The notes: generated by a model not told the origin, from the sequence alone. A stretch of DNA of 20,000 bases from an uncultured virus (IMG/VR IMGVR_UViG_3300030060_006061) (IMGVR_UViG_3300030060_006061:54644-74643), one strand, 5' to 3'; shown: positions 1 to 9,401, numbered from the stretch's first letter. Translations and numbers: made by a program.

Positions 1-359
1 TAACTCACAGAAGAAAAGATCTAGGTGGATTGTCAAACTCCACGAGAGGAATTCTTAGTGGTGGTAGAGATGGTTCTGCTGGAATACAGTTTTCTGATAT
101 CGACTTCATTACAATTGCGTCTTTAGGAAATGCACAAGATTTTGGTAATCTTACTTTTTCCGGTGCATATCTAGCATCAGCATCAAATCAAATTCGTGGT
201 GTTACAGCTGGTGGAAACAGTGCGCCAAATTATTGGAATATAATTAATTTTGTAACAATTGCAACTACAGGAAACGCACAAGATTTTGGCGATTTAACTG
301 TTGGAAGATACGCACTTGGTGCTTTATCAGATTCCCATGGCGGACTAGGAGGTTTCTAA
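1..359 (+). CDS. Kelch-like beta-propeller repeat protein, 5'-truncated (last repeats only)
   Basis: Frame is open from position 3 (THRRKDLGGLSNSTRG...) to TAA at 357-359. It has two GNAQDFG repeats and the C-terminus SDSHGGLGGF. The listed start at 30 is an internal TTG; the true start lies upstream of the window. Confidence 0.85.
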   Translation, partial: THRRKDLGGLSNSTRGILSGGRDGSAGIQFSDIDFITIASLGNAQDFGNLTFSGAYLASASNQIRGVTAGGNSAPNYWNIINFVTIATTGNAQDFGDLTVGRYALGALSDSHGGLGGF

Positions 360-360
360 G

Positions 361-1776
361 ATGGCAACAATACGTAGAGCTGGTTTTGGCACTGTATTTG
401 AACTCGAAAACGATGTTGTCGGGATCGGAACTGATAATCCAACTCATAAGTTACAAGCACTCGGTAATATTCGATCAGAGGCAGCAACTGATATTGGTAT
501 CTCTTCTCTTACAACTTATCAAGGATTTACAGATAAGGAAGCAAGATTTACAACTGGACAGATTGATAATCAATCACAGTCAGGATCAACATCAGGTGAG
601 ATTGTAATTGATGGTGATGTCACAGTTTCATCTGCAACGACATTCACAAGTGGCCCACAGAATCTAACAGTCACTGATACATTTACTCTTCCATCAGGAG
701 ACACTAATAGTCGTGCATTGAAACCAACTGCAGGAAGTTTGAGATTCAATCAAGATTTTGCAACACTTGAATTTTACACAGGTAATAACTGGGCAACGGT
801 AAATACATTTACTGAAATGCAAAACAGCCCCGGAAATCGTGGTCGTGGTATAACTGCTGGATCATATCCCGGTGAAGTAGAACATATCGAATTTATAAAC
901 ATTGCAACAAAGGGAAATTCACTTGATTTTGGTGAAATGACAGAGCATCAAGGATTAATGGATGCAGCATCATCATCAACAAGAATGGTTATTTCGGGAG
1001 GATATAATTCTGGATTTGGAGGTGGTGCAGTTACGGATATACAGTATGTTACAATGGCATCGGAAGGAAATACAATAGATTTTGGTGATCAGACTCAAGT
1101 AACCTATGGAACGGGAGCGAGTTCAAGTTCAACTCGTGCTTTGATTATGGGTGGAAATAGAACTCCTGATGTTTCGCCATTTGATGATGGAAATGATGGT
1201 AACAATACGATTTGCACCATCGAAATGGCAACGATAGGAAATGCAATTGATTTTGGTGATTTAAGTGCACGAAGAGCATATCCAAGTGCTTGTGGAGATC
1301 CTGTTCGTATGGTATTATTTGGTGGATATAGTAATGATGTTGGATCACCTCTTGGTTTGAGGAGTTCAGATACTGTAATCTATGCTTCTCATGGAAATGG
1401 GGTTGATTTTGGTGAGGCATCACATGGTGGATCTAATAAAGCAGGATCAAACTCGACAAGAGGTATTTGGGCTGGAACAAGTGGGGGAAGTAATACTTAT
1501 ACTAACATCATATATACAGTTTCTATTCAAACTTTAGGTAATTCAACTGATTTTGGTGATAGAACTTATGGTTATGTTGGTTCTGCTATGTCATCACAAA
1601 CTCGCATGGTGATGTCTGGTGGAAAAAATGCTGCATCCCCATATGCAACAACTAATATAATGGATTTTATTGAGATTGCATCATCTGGAAATGCACAAGA
1701 TTTTGGCGATATTGGTTTTGATCAAGCTGATGCTGCTGGAACATCAGACTCTCACGGTGGACTAGGAGGTTTCTAA
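361..1776 (+). CDS. Putative phage tail-fibre/adhesin-like protein: extended N-terminus with A-like and B leader motifs plus a 6-repeat Kelch-like propeller (471 aa)
   Basis: ATG preceded by AGGAGGT at 347-353. N-terminus has the fibre-type motif VGIGTDNPTHKL, then LPSGDTNSR..PTAGSLRFNQDFATLEFYTGNNW. Six repeats follow and the protein ends in HGGLGGF. Confidence 0.8.
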   Translation: MATIRRAGFGTVFELENDVVGIGTDNPTHKLQALGNIRSEAATDIGISSLTTYQGFTDKEARFTTGQIDNQSQSGSTSGEIVIDGDVTVSSATTFTSGPQNLTVTDTFTLPSGDTNSRALKPTAGSLRFNQDFATLEFYTGNNWATVNTFTEMQNSPGNRGRGITAGSYPGEVEHIEFINIATKGNSLDFGEMTEHQGLMDAASSSTRMVISGGYNSGFGGGAVTDIQYVTMASEGNTIDFGDQTQVTYGTGASSSSTRALIMGGNRTPDVSPFDDGNDGNNTICTIEMATIGNAIDFGDLSARRAYPSACGDPVRMVLFGGYSNDVGSPLGLRSSDTVIYASHGNGVDFGEASHGGSNKAGSNSTRGIWAGTSGGSNTYTNIIYTVSIQTLGNSTDFGDRTYGYVGSAMSSQTRMVMSGGKNAASPYATTNIMDFIEIASSGNAQDFGDIGFDQADAAGTSDSHGGLGGF

Positions 1777-1777
1777 C

Positions 1778-3469
1778 ATGGCAAATTTAAGAACGAACAA
1801 TTTATCAGGAGAGCAAGGACAGAATGCCTATCGTGGGTCTGTTTTTTTCAATGACGATGGTGGTGGAAATGGGAGTGATAGTCTCACGGTTCCAGCTGGG
1901 TCAGATTTTGCATATGGCACGGGTGATTTTACATTTGAAGCGTATGTATGGATATCGAGATATAGTGGTGGCACGAGGCTTATTTTTTCACAGACTGTAA
2001 GCGGAACTAATTATATTCTTTTTGGTGTCACCTCATCTGGTCAGGTGACAACGATTCTTGGACATTCAAACCAAGTTACGTCAACAGAGACTATCGCTGA
2101 AAATTCTTGGAATCATGTCGCAGTTAGCAGAGCATCAGGCACTGTGAAGGTATTTGTTAATGGTGATGCATCTTCTGGATCATCGATCACCACAGATTTA
2201 AATGATACAACAAGAATTCCAACAATCGGAAAATATACACACTCAACTCAACTTCAATGGAAGGGATACATTTCAAATTTCAGAATAACAAAAGGAGAGG
2301 CACTTTATACAGTAAGTTTCATTCCACCAACAACTGAACTGACAGCAGATGCAAATACAGTTTTATTATGTTGTCAAAATTCTGATGATGTAACACAAGA
2401 GGCAACAGGAAAAACAATCACTGCAAGCGGAAATCTTGCAACTGTAGGTTACAATAAAACACAACCAAAAGTTATTCCACCATACGGAGTGGATGCAGGA
2501 AACGCATTCGGAGGGCCAATCCAACAAAACACTCAAGGATATATGTATTTCCAATCAGGAAGAACAGAGGAAAGAGGTGGAACTCGTGCTTTAATGATTG
2601 GAGGTTTCTCACCGGGTGGTTCTGATACCATTAATTTTGTAAATGTTGCGACGGAGGGGACAGCTTTAGATTTTGGAAATTTGAGTAGAGCTGCTGGTTA
2701 CTGTGGTGCAATGGGAGGTCGCACTAGAGGTGTCATACCTCTTCAATATCAAATGACTCCCTCTGAAGCCACAACCAATATTATTGAATTTTTAACAATT
2801 TTAACTGAGGGGAATACACAAGATTTTGGTGATATGGCAACTAGCACTTATGGTAGAGCATCCGCATCTAATGATGTTAGAGGAATCATATCAGGAGGAG
2901 AAGCAACGGAAGATGCCATGGAATTTATTACATTAGCATCACTAGGAAATGGTAGCAGTTTTGGTGATTTAACTCAGGGAAGAAGAGAGCCTCAATCAAC
3001 TGCTGATCCAACTCGCATGGTAACTGCTGGTGGTTATGCATCTCCTAGCACCGGCACTAGGTATAATATTATTGATTTTGTGACCATTGCGACAACTGGA
3101 AATGCACAAGATTTTGGTGACTTGACAGTAACACGTTGGAAACCCGCTGCTTGTGCTGATGCCACAAGGGGTGTATTTGCAGGTGGAGGTACACCATCTA
3201 ATTTAAATGTAATTGATTTTATTACAATTCAATCAACAGGAGATGCAACTGATTTTGGTGATTTGGTATTAACCAGTAGTCGTGGATCTGCAGGATCTGA
3301 TTCTATAAGGGGTGTTATTTTCACTGGTTTTTCAGATACTGGATCACATACTGCCAACATTGATAGCATAATTATTCAAACCACGGGAAGTGCAAAAAGA
3401 TTTGGTGAGACGACAACAGATACTCATAGTACAGGTGGACTATCAAATGGTCATGGTGGTCTTTCATAA
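1778..3469 (+). CDS. LamG/concanavalin A-like domain plus 6-repeat Kelch-like propeller protein (563 aa), A-type leader
   Basis: LamG-like motifs GTGDFTFEAYVW, WNHVAVSRASGTVKVFVNG and WKGYISNFRITKGEALYT..F.PPT at about aa 19-228. Six DFG-type repeats; ends NGHGGLS. Confidence 0.85.
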   Translation: MANLRTNNLSGEQGQNAYRGSVFFNDDGGGNGSDSLTVPAGSDFAYGTGDFTFEAYVWISRYSGGTRLIFSQTVSGTNYILFGVTSSGQVTTILGHSNQVTSTETIAENSWNHVAVSRASGTVKVFVNGDASSGSSITTDLNDTTRIPTIGKYTHSTQLQWKGYISNFRITKGEALYTVSFIPPTTELTADANTVLLCCQNSDDVTQEATGKTITASGNLATVGYNKTQPKVIPPYGVDAGNAFGGPIQQNTQGYMYFQSGRTEERGGTRALMIGGFSPGGSDTINFVNVATEGTALDFGNLSRAAGYCGAMGGRTRGVIPLQYQMTPSEATTNIIEFLTILTEGNTQDFGDMATSTYGRASASNDVRGIISGGEATEDAMEFITLASLGNGSSFGDLTQGRREPQSTADPTRMVTAGGYASPSTGTRYNIIDFVTIATTGNAQDFGDLTVTRWKPAACADATRGVFAGGGTPSNLNVIDFITIQSTGDATDFGDLVLTSSRGSAGSDSIRGVIFTGFSDTGSHTANIDSIIIQTTGSAKRFGETTTDTHSTGGLSNGHGGLS

Positions 3470-3474
3470 ATATG
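3450..3474 (+). repeat. 25-bp exact direct repeat (second copy at 6231-6255)
   Basis: GTCATGGTGGTCTTTCATAAATATG at the 3' end of both LamG-propeller genes, extending past the stop codon. Confidence 0.9.
3466..3472 (+). promoter_or_regulatory. T4-type late-promoter-like ATAAATA
   Basis: ATAAATA overlaps the stop codon of 1778-3469, about 20 nt upstream of the 3492 start. Resembles the T4 gp55 consensus TATAAATA. Confidence 0.55.
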
Positions 3475-3491
3475 AATAGGATAGTAGAACC

Positions 3492-4517
3492 ATGAGTTTT
3501 TCACCAAAAACTGTACCACTAGGAGCGATAAGATTCAACTCTGACTCACAGAAGTTAGAGTATTGGAATGGTAATATTTGGATGCAAATTCATACTTTCT
3601 CTCCAAATCTTGATGGTGGTACTAGAGGTATTTTTACTGGTATGGGTGCGATACCTAATATGAGCCCATATGGAATTCAATTTATAACAATTCCAACTCA
3701 AGGAAATGCAACAGATTTTGGTGATATGGTTGATGCGAGATCAAACGTAGGGTCTTTTGCATCAAATGTTCGTGGAGTGTTTGGTGGTGGTTACAGCCCC
3801 ACTCCAGATAATGATATTGATTTTGTTACCATACCATCAACAGGAAATGCAGTGGATTTTGGTGATATGAATTACAATGCATTTGATACGGTTGGAGCAT
3901 CAAATCAAACTCGTGGGTTATTTTTAGGAGGATCACCAAATAGTAGTGAGAATGGTGGTGTTAATAGTGTAGATTATGTAACAATTACGACAACAGGAAA
4001 TGCAAAAGATTTTGGAGATTTATTTTTAAAATGTATGACTGCGGGAGCTGGTGCAAATCCAGTAAGGGCAGTGGTTGCGAATGGAAAAGATGGCCCAGCA
4101 CATTCAAATGTTATTTTTAGAGTTAACATAGCAACACTAGGTAATTCATCAGACTTTGGGGATCAGTCTACAAGCAGACAAACCATGGGTGCATGTTCAA
4201 ATTCGGTTAGAATGGTATTTGGGGGTGGAGGCACTCCTACAAAAATATCTAGTATTGAAACTCTTTTGTTAGCGACTGAGGGTAACTCAGTATTATTTGG
4301 CGATCTTGGGGCTGCTAAATCTAGTCTTGGTGCTTGTTGTGATGCGACTCGTGCTGTATTTGGTGCTGGTATATTCCACCCTGAAACTCATACAAATAAT
4401 TTGGAATATATTAACATCGCCACTGGTGGTGATACAGTTGATTTTGGTGATTTATTGGATAATAGTAAAACATCAGGTGGCACTGGATTCTCAAATGGTC
4501 ACGGAGGTCTCGGATAA
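3492..4517 (+). CDS. Kelch-like propeller protein, B-type leader (341 aa)
   Basis: Leader VPLGAIRFNSDSQKLEYWNGNIWMQI; six repeats; ends NGHGGLG; TAATG overlap with the next gene. Confidence 0.85.
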   Translation: MSFSPKTVPLGAIRFNSDSQKLEYWNGNIWMQIHTFSPNLDGGTRGIFTGMGAIPNMSPYGIQFITIPTQGNATDFGDMVDARSNVGSFASNVRGVFGGGYSPTPDNDIDFVTIPSTGNAVDFGDMNYNAFDTVGASNQTRGLFLGGSPNSSENGGVNSVDYVTITTTGNAKDFGDLFLKCMTAGAGANPVRAVVANGKDGPAHSNVIFRVNIATLGNSSDFGDQSTSRQTMGACSNSVRMVFGGGGTPTKISSIETLLLATEGNSVLFGDLGAAKSSLGACCDATRAVFGAGIFHPETHTNNLEYINIATGGDTVDFGDLLDNSKTSGGTGFSNGHGGLG

Positions 4518-6250
4518 TGGGAATATTAAGAACTGATCGAGTATCTGGTTTAGGTGGTGCAAATGCCATCAAGGGATCTGTATTTTTTGGTAATTGTCTG
4601 AGTGCCGGAAGTGTCCTTGGATTTAATTATTTAAGAACTGAGAGTAGTGATAATTTTACATTCGGCACAGGAGACATAACGATTGAGGGTTGGTTTTTCT
4701 TCCCAAGATTATCAAGTAGCACTGGTTATCAAACTTTAGTTGGTGATACAATATACTCCAACACTGGTGGATTTACTTTTTATGTTCAGAACGGACAACT
4801 TAATTTTTGGAAAGGCACTAACGCAAGTAGTGTTGTTTCTGGTGGAACAATTGTGCAAAATGAGTGGACTCATCTTGCTTATACAAGAGAAAGTGGATCT
4901 AATAAAATTTTTGTTAATGGATCTTTAGTTGGAACAGCGAGTGATTCGACAGATTATACAGATACTACACTAACAATTGGAACTAACAAAGTAACCCAAC
5001 AATCAGGCACTGATGCTGGTCTATATTCTTTTTCCGGATTTGCTTCTAATTTGAGGATTTTAAAAGGAAGAGCACTATACACCGCAGCATTTACCCCACC
5101 GGTTGGAGAACTTCAAGTTATTGATAATACAGTTTTATTATGTTGTCAATCACCCGGAAATGTTTTACAAGAAGCCACTGGTGTTGTCTTAACCGCACCA
5201 AGGATTAACAATAGTGCTGGAGTTCAAGCATCACACTTCACACCAAACTCACCCGTTGGTTTCTCTACAACCACTGATGTTGGAACACAGTTTGGAACAA
5301 CCTTTAATGGTGTGACAACCTTTGACTCACAAGCATATATGGTTCCACCCGGTGGAAATACAAGAGAAAGAAACCGAGGTCGTGGTGTTCTTAGTGGTGG
5401 AAGAAGTAACCATGCCATGCAATTCATTAACATTCAATCTCAAGGAAATTCACAAATTTTTGGTGACAGCGTAACTGACGATGGAATAGAGGGATTTGCA
5501 GTTGGATCTTCAACAAGAGGTTTGTTTTCGGGTGGTTATCCTAGCGTAGGAAATGTAATTGAATTCATAACCTTTGCAACTACATCGAATGGTACAGATT
5601 TTGGTGACATGACCACAGGTAGAAGAAGTGGTGCGGGAGCAGGAAATGAAACAAGAGGTTTATTTGCTGGAGGATTAAATTCAAGTGGTACCTCATTAAA
5701 TACCATAGAATTTTCGACCATCGCAACATTAGGAAATTCAACTGATTTTGGTGATATGACACAGGCGAGAGATCAACTTGCCGGAGTTTCAGATACAACA
5801 AGAGCTGTTTTTGCTGGTGGAGTTGAACAAGGTGGTAGTCAACATAATATTATGGACTTCGTTACAATCGCAACAACAGGAAACGCACAAGATTTTGGTG
5901 ATATGACCGGAGTAAACACTGGTAGTGCCGGATCATCAGATTCAACAAGGGGTGTAATAACGGTTGGATATACAGCCCCGAATATGCTTGACCGAATTGA
6001 TTTTATAACAATACAGTCAGCAGGTAATGCAACTGATTTTGGTGATTTAACATTGGCAAGATATTTAAGTGCAAGTATGTCAAATTCAATCCGTGCAGTT
6101 ATTGCTGGAGGTGGATCACCCTCTTCTCAAAATACAATTGATTTTGTGACGATAAAAACAACAGGAAATGCAAATGATTTTGGTGATCTTATCGGAGGTG
6201 CTAATTTTGTTGTTGTTGGAACATCAGACAGTCATGGTGGTCTTTCATAA
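4517..6250 (+). CDS. LamG/concanavalin A-like domain plus 6-repeat Kelch-like propeller protein (577 aa), A-type leader
   Basis: GTGDITIEGWF, WTHLAYTRESGSNKIFVNG and FSGFASNLRILKGRALYT..FTPP. Paralog of 1778-3469 (shared NTVLLCCQ). Six repeats; ends SHGGLS. Confidence 0.85.
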   Translation: MGILRTDRVSGLGGANAIKGSVFFGNCLSAGSVLGFNYLRTESSDNFTFGTGDITIEGWFFFPRLSSSTGYQTLVGDTIYSNTGGFTFYVQNGQLNFWKGTNASSVVSGGTIVQNEWTHLAYTRESGSNKIFVNGSLVGTASDSTDYTDTTLTIGTNKVTQQSGTDAGLYSFSGFASNLRILKGRALYTAAFTPPVGELQVIDNTVLLCCQSPGNVLQEATGVVLTAPRINNSAGVQASHFTPNSPVGFSTTTDVGTQFGTTFNGVTTFDSQAYMVPPGGNTRERNRGRGVLSGGRSNHAMQFINIQSQGNSQIFGDSVTDDGIEGFAVGSSTRGLFSGGYPSVGNVIEFITFATTSNGTDFGDMTTGRRSGAGAGNETRGLFAGGLNSSGTSLNTIEFSTIATLGNSTDFGDMTQARDQLAGVSDTTRAVFAGGVEQGGSQHNIMDFVTIATTGNAQDFGDMTGVNTGSAGSSDSTRGVITVGYTAPNMLDRIDFITIQSAGNATDFGDLTLARYLSASMSNSIRAVIAGGGSPSSQNTIDFVTIKTTGNANDFGDLIGGANFVVVGTSDSHGGLS

Positions 6251-6253
6251 ATA
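6247..6253 (+). promoter_or_regulatory. T4-type late-promoter-like ATAAATA
   Basis: Same context as 3466: overlaps the stop of 4517-6250 and is followed by AGGAG and the ATG at 6272. Confidence 0.55.
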
Positions 6254-6271
6254 TGTTAGGAGTATAATTAT

Positions 6272-7282
6272 ATGTCAAATCAACCACCGATAGAAGTACC
6301 ACAAGGTGCAATCAGACTGAATACAGATTCTCAAAAGTTAGAGTTCTTTGCACAGGATCGGTGGTATGAGATGGCGACTGATACACAGGTGCTTGATGGT
6401 GGAGTTGGTCGTGGTATAGCAGCTGGTGGAAATACTCCAGGCCAAACAAACGTTATAGAATTTATCACAATACCAACAGCAGGTAATTCAACTGATTTTG
6501 GAGATTTAACCGCACCAAGACAAGCAGTTCCGGGTGCAACTGGTAGTTCAACTCGTGGTATAATTGGTGGTGGTCAAGAGTTTCCAGCATCAGTTAATAA
6601 AATTGATTTTATAACATTCTCATCAACAAGTAATGCACAAGACTTTGGTGATTTAACAGTTGCAAGACGACAACCAGCAACTACTGGTAATCAAACTCGT
6701 GGAGTTTTTAGTGGTGGTGAAGCACCAAATGCTGTAAATACGATAGATTTTGTAACAATCGCAGCAACTGGAAATGCAGTTGATTATGGTGATTTAACTG
6801 TTGCGAGAAGAATAGCTGGAGCTGCAGCCTCACCAACTCGTGCATTGATTATGGGTGGATATGCTGCTCCTGCGAGTCTCAATTCAATTGAGTTTCTTAC
6901 AATTTCAACAACTGGAAATTCACAAGACTTTGGAGATTTAACTGTTGCTAGGTATAATAATGGAGGAACTTCGAGTAGCACTCGTGCAGTTATGATGGGT
7001 GGTTATGCAACATCACCGGGTGCAGCAGTTAAGACTATTGATTTTGTTACCATTGCAACGATAGGAAATGCAATGAACTTTGGAGATCTTACAGAGACAA
7101 TTTATCATTCACAAACCGTATCAAATTCAATTCGTGCTGTTAGAATGGGTGGCGTTACTCCTTTGGATGATTCAATGGATTATATACAAATAGCAACTGA
7201 GGGAAATGCAGTTTTCTTTGGTGATTTACTCTCAACTCATAAAGAGGGTGCAGGTTGTTCAAATGCACATGGAGGTTTATAA
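6272..7282 (+). CDS. Kelch-like propeller protein, B-type leader (336 aa)
   Basis: AGGAG upstream of the start. Leader VPQGAIRLNTDSQKLEFFAQDRWYEM; six clear ~48-aa repeats; ends AHGGL. Confidence 0.85.
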   Translation: MSNQPPIEVPQGAIRLNTDSQKLEFFAQDRWYEMATDTQVLDGGVGRGIAAGGNTPGQTNVIEFITIPTAGNSTDFGDLTAPRQAVPGATGSSTRGIIGGGQEFPASVNKIDFITFSSTSNAQDFGDLTVARRQPATTGNQTRGVFSGGEAPNAVNTIDFVTIAATGNAVDYGDLTVARRIAGAAASPTRALIMGGYAAPASLNSIEFLTISTTGNSQDFGDLTVARYNNGGTSSSTRAVMMGGYATSPGAAVKTIDFVTIATIGNAMNFGDLTETIYHSQTVSNSIRAVRMGGVTPLDDSMDYIQIATEGNAVFFGDLLSTHKEGAGCSNAHGGL

Positions 7283-8319
7283 TGGCAATACTTAAAGTCG
7301 ATACAATCTCTGGAATTGGCACTGAAGGGCCAGTATTTGAAGGAGACATAGAATTTACAAGTCAAAACTTTTTAACACTTCCAAAGGGTGATACAACACA
7401 AAGAGGAAGAGGTCGTGCTGTGTTATTTGGTGGTAGTATAACTCCTGTTAGTCCTAATTTTTCATCCAATATCGATTACGTAGAGATGAGATCGTCGGGA
7501 GTTGGAGTGAGATTTGGCAATTTGAGTGCTGGTAATTCTTTTATGGGTTCATTTTCATCATCAACTCGTGGAATAAGTTTTGGTGGTCAACCCTCATCCC
7601 CTAATGGTCAAACAGATACTATAGAGTTTGTTACAATATCAACAGAAAGTAATGCAACAGATTTTGGTAATTTAGATAGAGGTAGAAGACAATTACAGGG
7701 TATGGGTCACTCTAACCAAACAAGAGGAATACTTGCTGGTGGTGGAGGAGATGCACCATTAGCACCAGATAATGTCATTCAGTTTGTTACAATCGCAACC
7801 ACAGGTAATGCATCAGACTTTGGTGATGTTTCTACATCAATCAGTAGAGCATCGGCAACAGGATCTTCAACAAGAATGTTAATAGCTGGTGGATCAACAC
7901 CAACAGCTATAAATACCATACAATTTGTCACCATAGCAACCACTGGTAATCCTACAGACTTTGGTGATTTATCTGCAGTAAGAATGGGAATGGGAAGAGC
8001 TTCAAACGGTGTTCGTGGTGTTTTTGCTGGTGGATACACTCCATCCTTAGTTAACATCATTGAATTTGTCAATATAGCGACCACTGGTAACACCACAGAC
8101 TTTGGTGATTTTTCAACTGCTAAAAGTAACATGGGGAGTGCTAATAATTCAATCATTGGAATTTTTCAAGGTGGTGGAACTCCTTCAAGAACCACAACAA
8201 TACAATCCATAACAATAGCGACCACTGGTGATGCTGTTGAATATGGTGATTGTAATATTACTGATCCTTTATTTGGAAGAGAGGGTTGTTCTGACAGTCA
8301 CGGAGGTTTAACAGAATGA
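7282..8319 (+). CDS. Kelch-like propeller protein, A-type leader (345 aa; start revised from 7255)
   Basis: ATG at 7282 overlaps the upstream TAA and follows GGAGGT. MAILKVDTISGIG aligns with paralog starts such as MGILRTDRVSGLG. Leader ends LPKGDTTQRGRGR; six repeats. Confidence 0.85.
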   Translation: MAILKVDTISGIGTEGPVFEGDIEFTSQNFLTLPKGDTTQRGRGRAVLFGGSITPVSPNFSSNIDYVEMRSSGVGVRFGNLSAGNSFMGSFSSSTRGISFGGQPSSPNGQTDTIEFVTISTESNATDFGNLDRGRRQLQGMGHSNQTRGILAGGGGDAPLAPDNVIQFVTIATTGNASDFGDVSTSISRASATGSSTRMLIAGGSTPTAINTIQFVTIATTGNPTDFGDLSAVRMGMGRASNGVRGVFAGGYTPSLVNIIEFVNIATTGNTTDFGDFSTAKSNMGSANNSIIGIFQGGGTPSRTTTIQSITIATTGDAVEYGDCNITDPLFGREGCSDSHGGLTE

Positions 8320-9347
8320 GTATCAATCCAGTCGAAATTCCAACAGGAGCAGTCAGATATAATACTGACAGTAATAAGATGGAGGTATATATTGGTGACA
8401 CATGGATGGAAGTCGCTGTAAGTTCACCAAATCTTGATGGTGGTGCTCGTGGAATCGTTATGGGTGGAAATCCGGGTGTAAATACTATTGATTTCTTTAC
8501 AATTTCAACTGCAGGAAATGCATCAGATTTTGGTGATTTACTTACCACATCATATTTAGGTGCATCAGGAGGAAGTCGCACTCGTGGAATATGTGTTATA
8601 GGAACACCAAGTCATAGTGATAAATTGGAATTTATTACAATCTCATCCACAGGAAATGCACAAGATTTTGGTGATCAATCTCATAGTAATCATAAAAGAA
8701 ACATATCTAATGGTGGAAGTGAAACAAGGATGATAATCGCTGGAGGGATATATGGAAATAACCCATATACTTATTATAATTCAATGGAATTTGTCACTAT
8801 TGCATCAACAGGAAATACAGTAGATTTTGGTGACATGACCGCGGCAAGAACTCAACCCTTTACTGCATCCAGCCCAACAAGATTTCTTACTCTTGGTGGT
8901 TATCAATCATCTTCACCAAATGCAAGTGATGTTATTGAATTTGTGACGACTGCATCCACGGGTAATTCTCAAGACTTTGGTGATTTAATGGAAGGTAATA
9001 GTGGAACTCCTGCGAGTTGCTCTAATTCAACAAGGGCAATAACATTTGGTGGTAGAATTGACGGAACATCAACAACAATAAGTAAAATTCAAACTGTACA
9101 AATAGCGACTGGGGGAAATGCAAGAAAATTTGGAGATTTGACTGAATCTGTAAGATTTGCTTCGGGTACATCTAGTAAAACAAGAGGAGTTAGAATCGCT
9201 GGTTATAAAGTTCCAGCTAACGCTGATGTGGATACAATGGATTACATCAATATATCCACAGAGGGGGATGCAGTTGATTTTGGAAACCTAACAAGATCAA
9301 CTCGTTCAAGTGGAACTGCAACCTCAAGTGATCATGGTGGGTTGTAA
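8316..9347 (+). CDS. Kelch-like propeller protein, B-type leader (343 aa)
   Basis: ATGA overlap with the upstream gene. Leader IPTGAVRYNTDSNKMEVYIGDTWMEV..SPNLDGG, similar to 3492. Six repeats; ends DHGGL. Confidence 0.85.
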   Translation: MSINPVEIPTGAVRYNTDSNKMEVYIGDTWMEVAVSSPNLDGGARGIVMGGNPGVNTIDFFTISTAGNASDFGDLLTTSYLGASGGSRTRGICVIGTPSHSDKLEFITISSTGNAQDFGDQSHSNHKRNISNGGSETRMIIAGGIYGNNPYTYYNSMEFVTIASTGNTVDFGDMTAARTQPFTASSPTRFLTLGGYQSSSPNASDVIEFVTTASTGNSQDFGDLMEGNSGTPASCSNSTRAITFGGRIDGTSTTISKIQTVQIATGGNARKFGDLTESVRFASGTSSKTRGVRIAGYKVPANADVDTMDYINISTEGDAVDFGNLTRSTRSSGTATSSDHGGL

Positions 9348-9375
9348 AAATACATAGATTCTGCTATACTAAATA
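9342..9375 (+). promoter_or_regulatory. Sigma70-like promoter (TTGTAA-17 bp-TATACT with extended TG) overlapping a T4-type late-promoter-like CTAAATA
   Basis: -35 TTGTAA at 9342-9347, 17-bp spacer, TG at 9362-9363, -10 TATACT at 9365-9370, CTAAATA at 9369-9375. Located in the longest intergenic gap (54 bp) of the window. Confidence 0.6.
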
Positions 9376-9401
9376 CATCAGTCATAACTTATTGAATAAT
9401 A

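Noticed and set aside
7255..7281. Upstream start extensions given in the ORF track (7255, also 16114)
   Set aside because: These are non-ATG starts inside the previous gene. Paralog alignment and SD or promoter position support 7282 and 16150.
9348..9401. Intrinsic terminator or structured RNA in intergenic gaps
   Set aside because: No convincing GC-rich hairpin followed by a U-tract. The gaps are short and are explained by promoter and RBS motifs.
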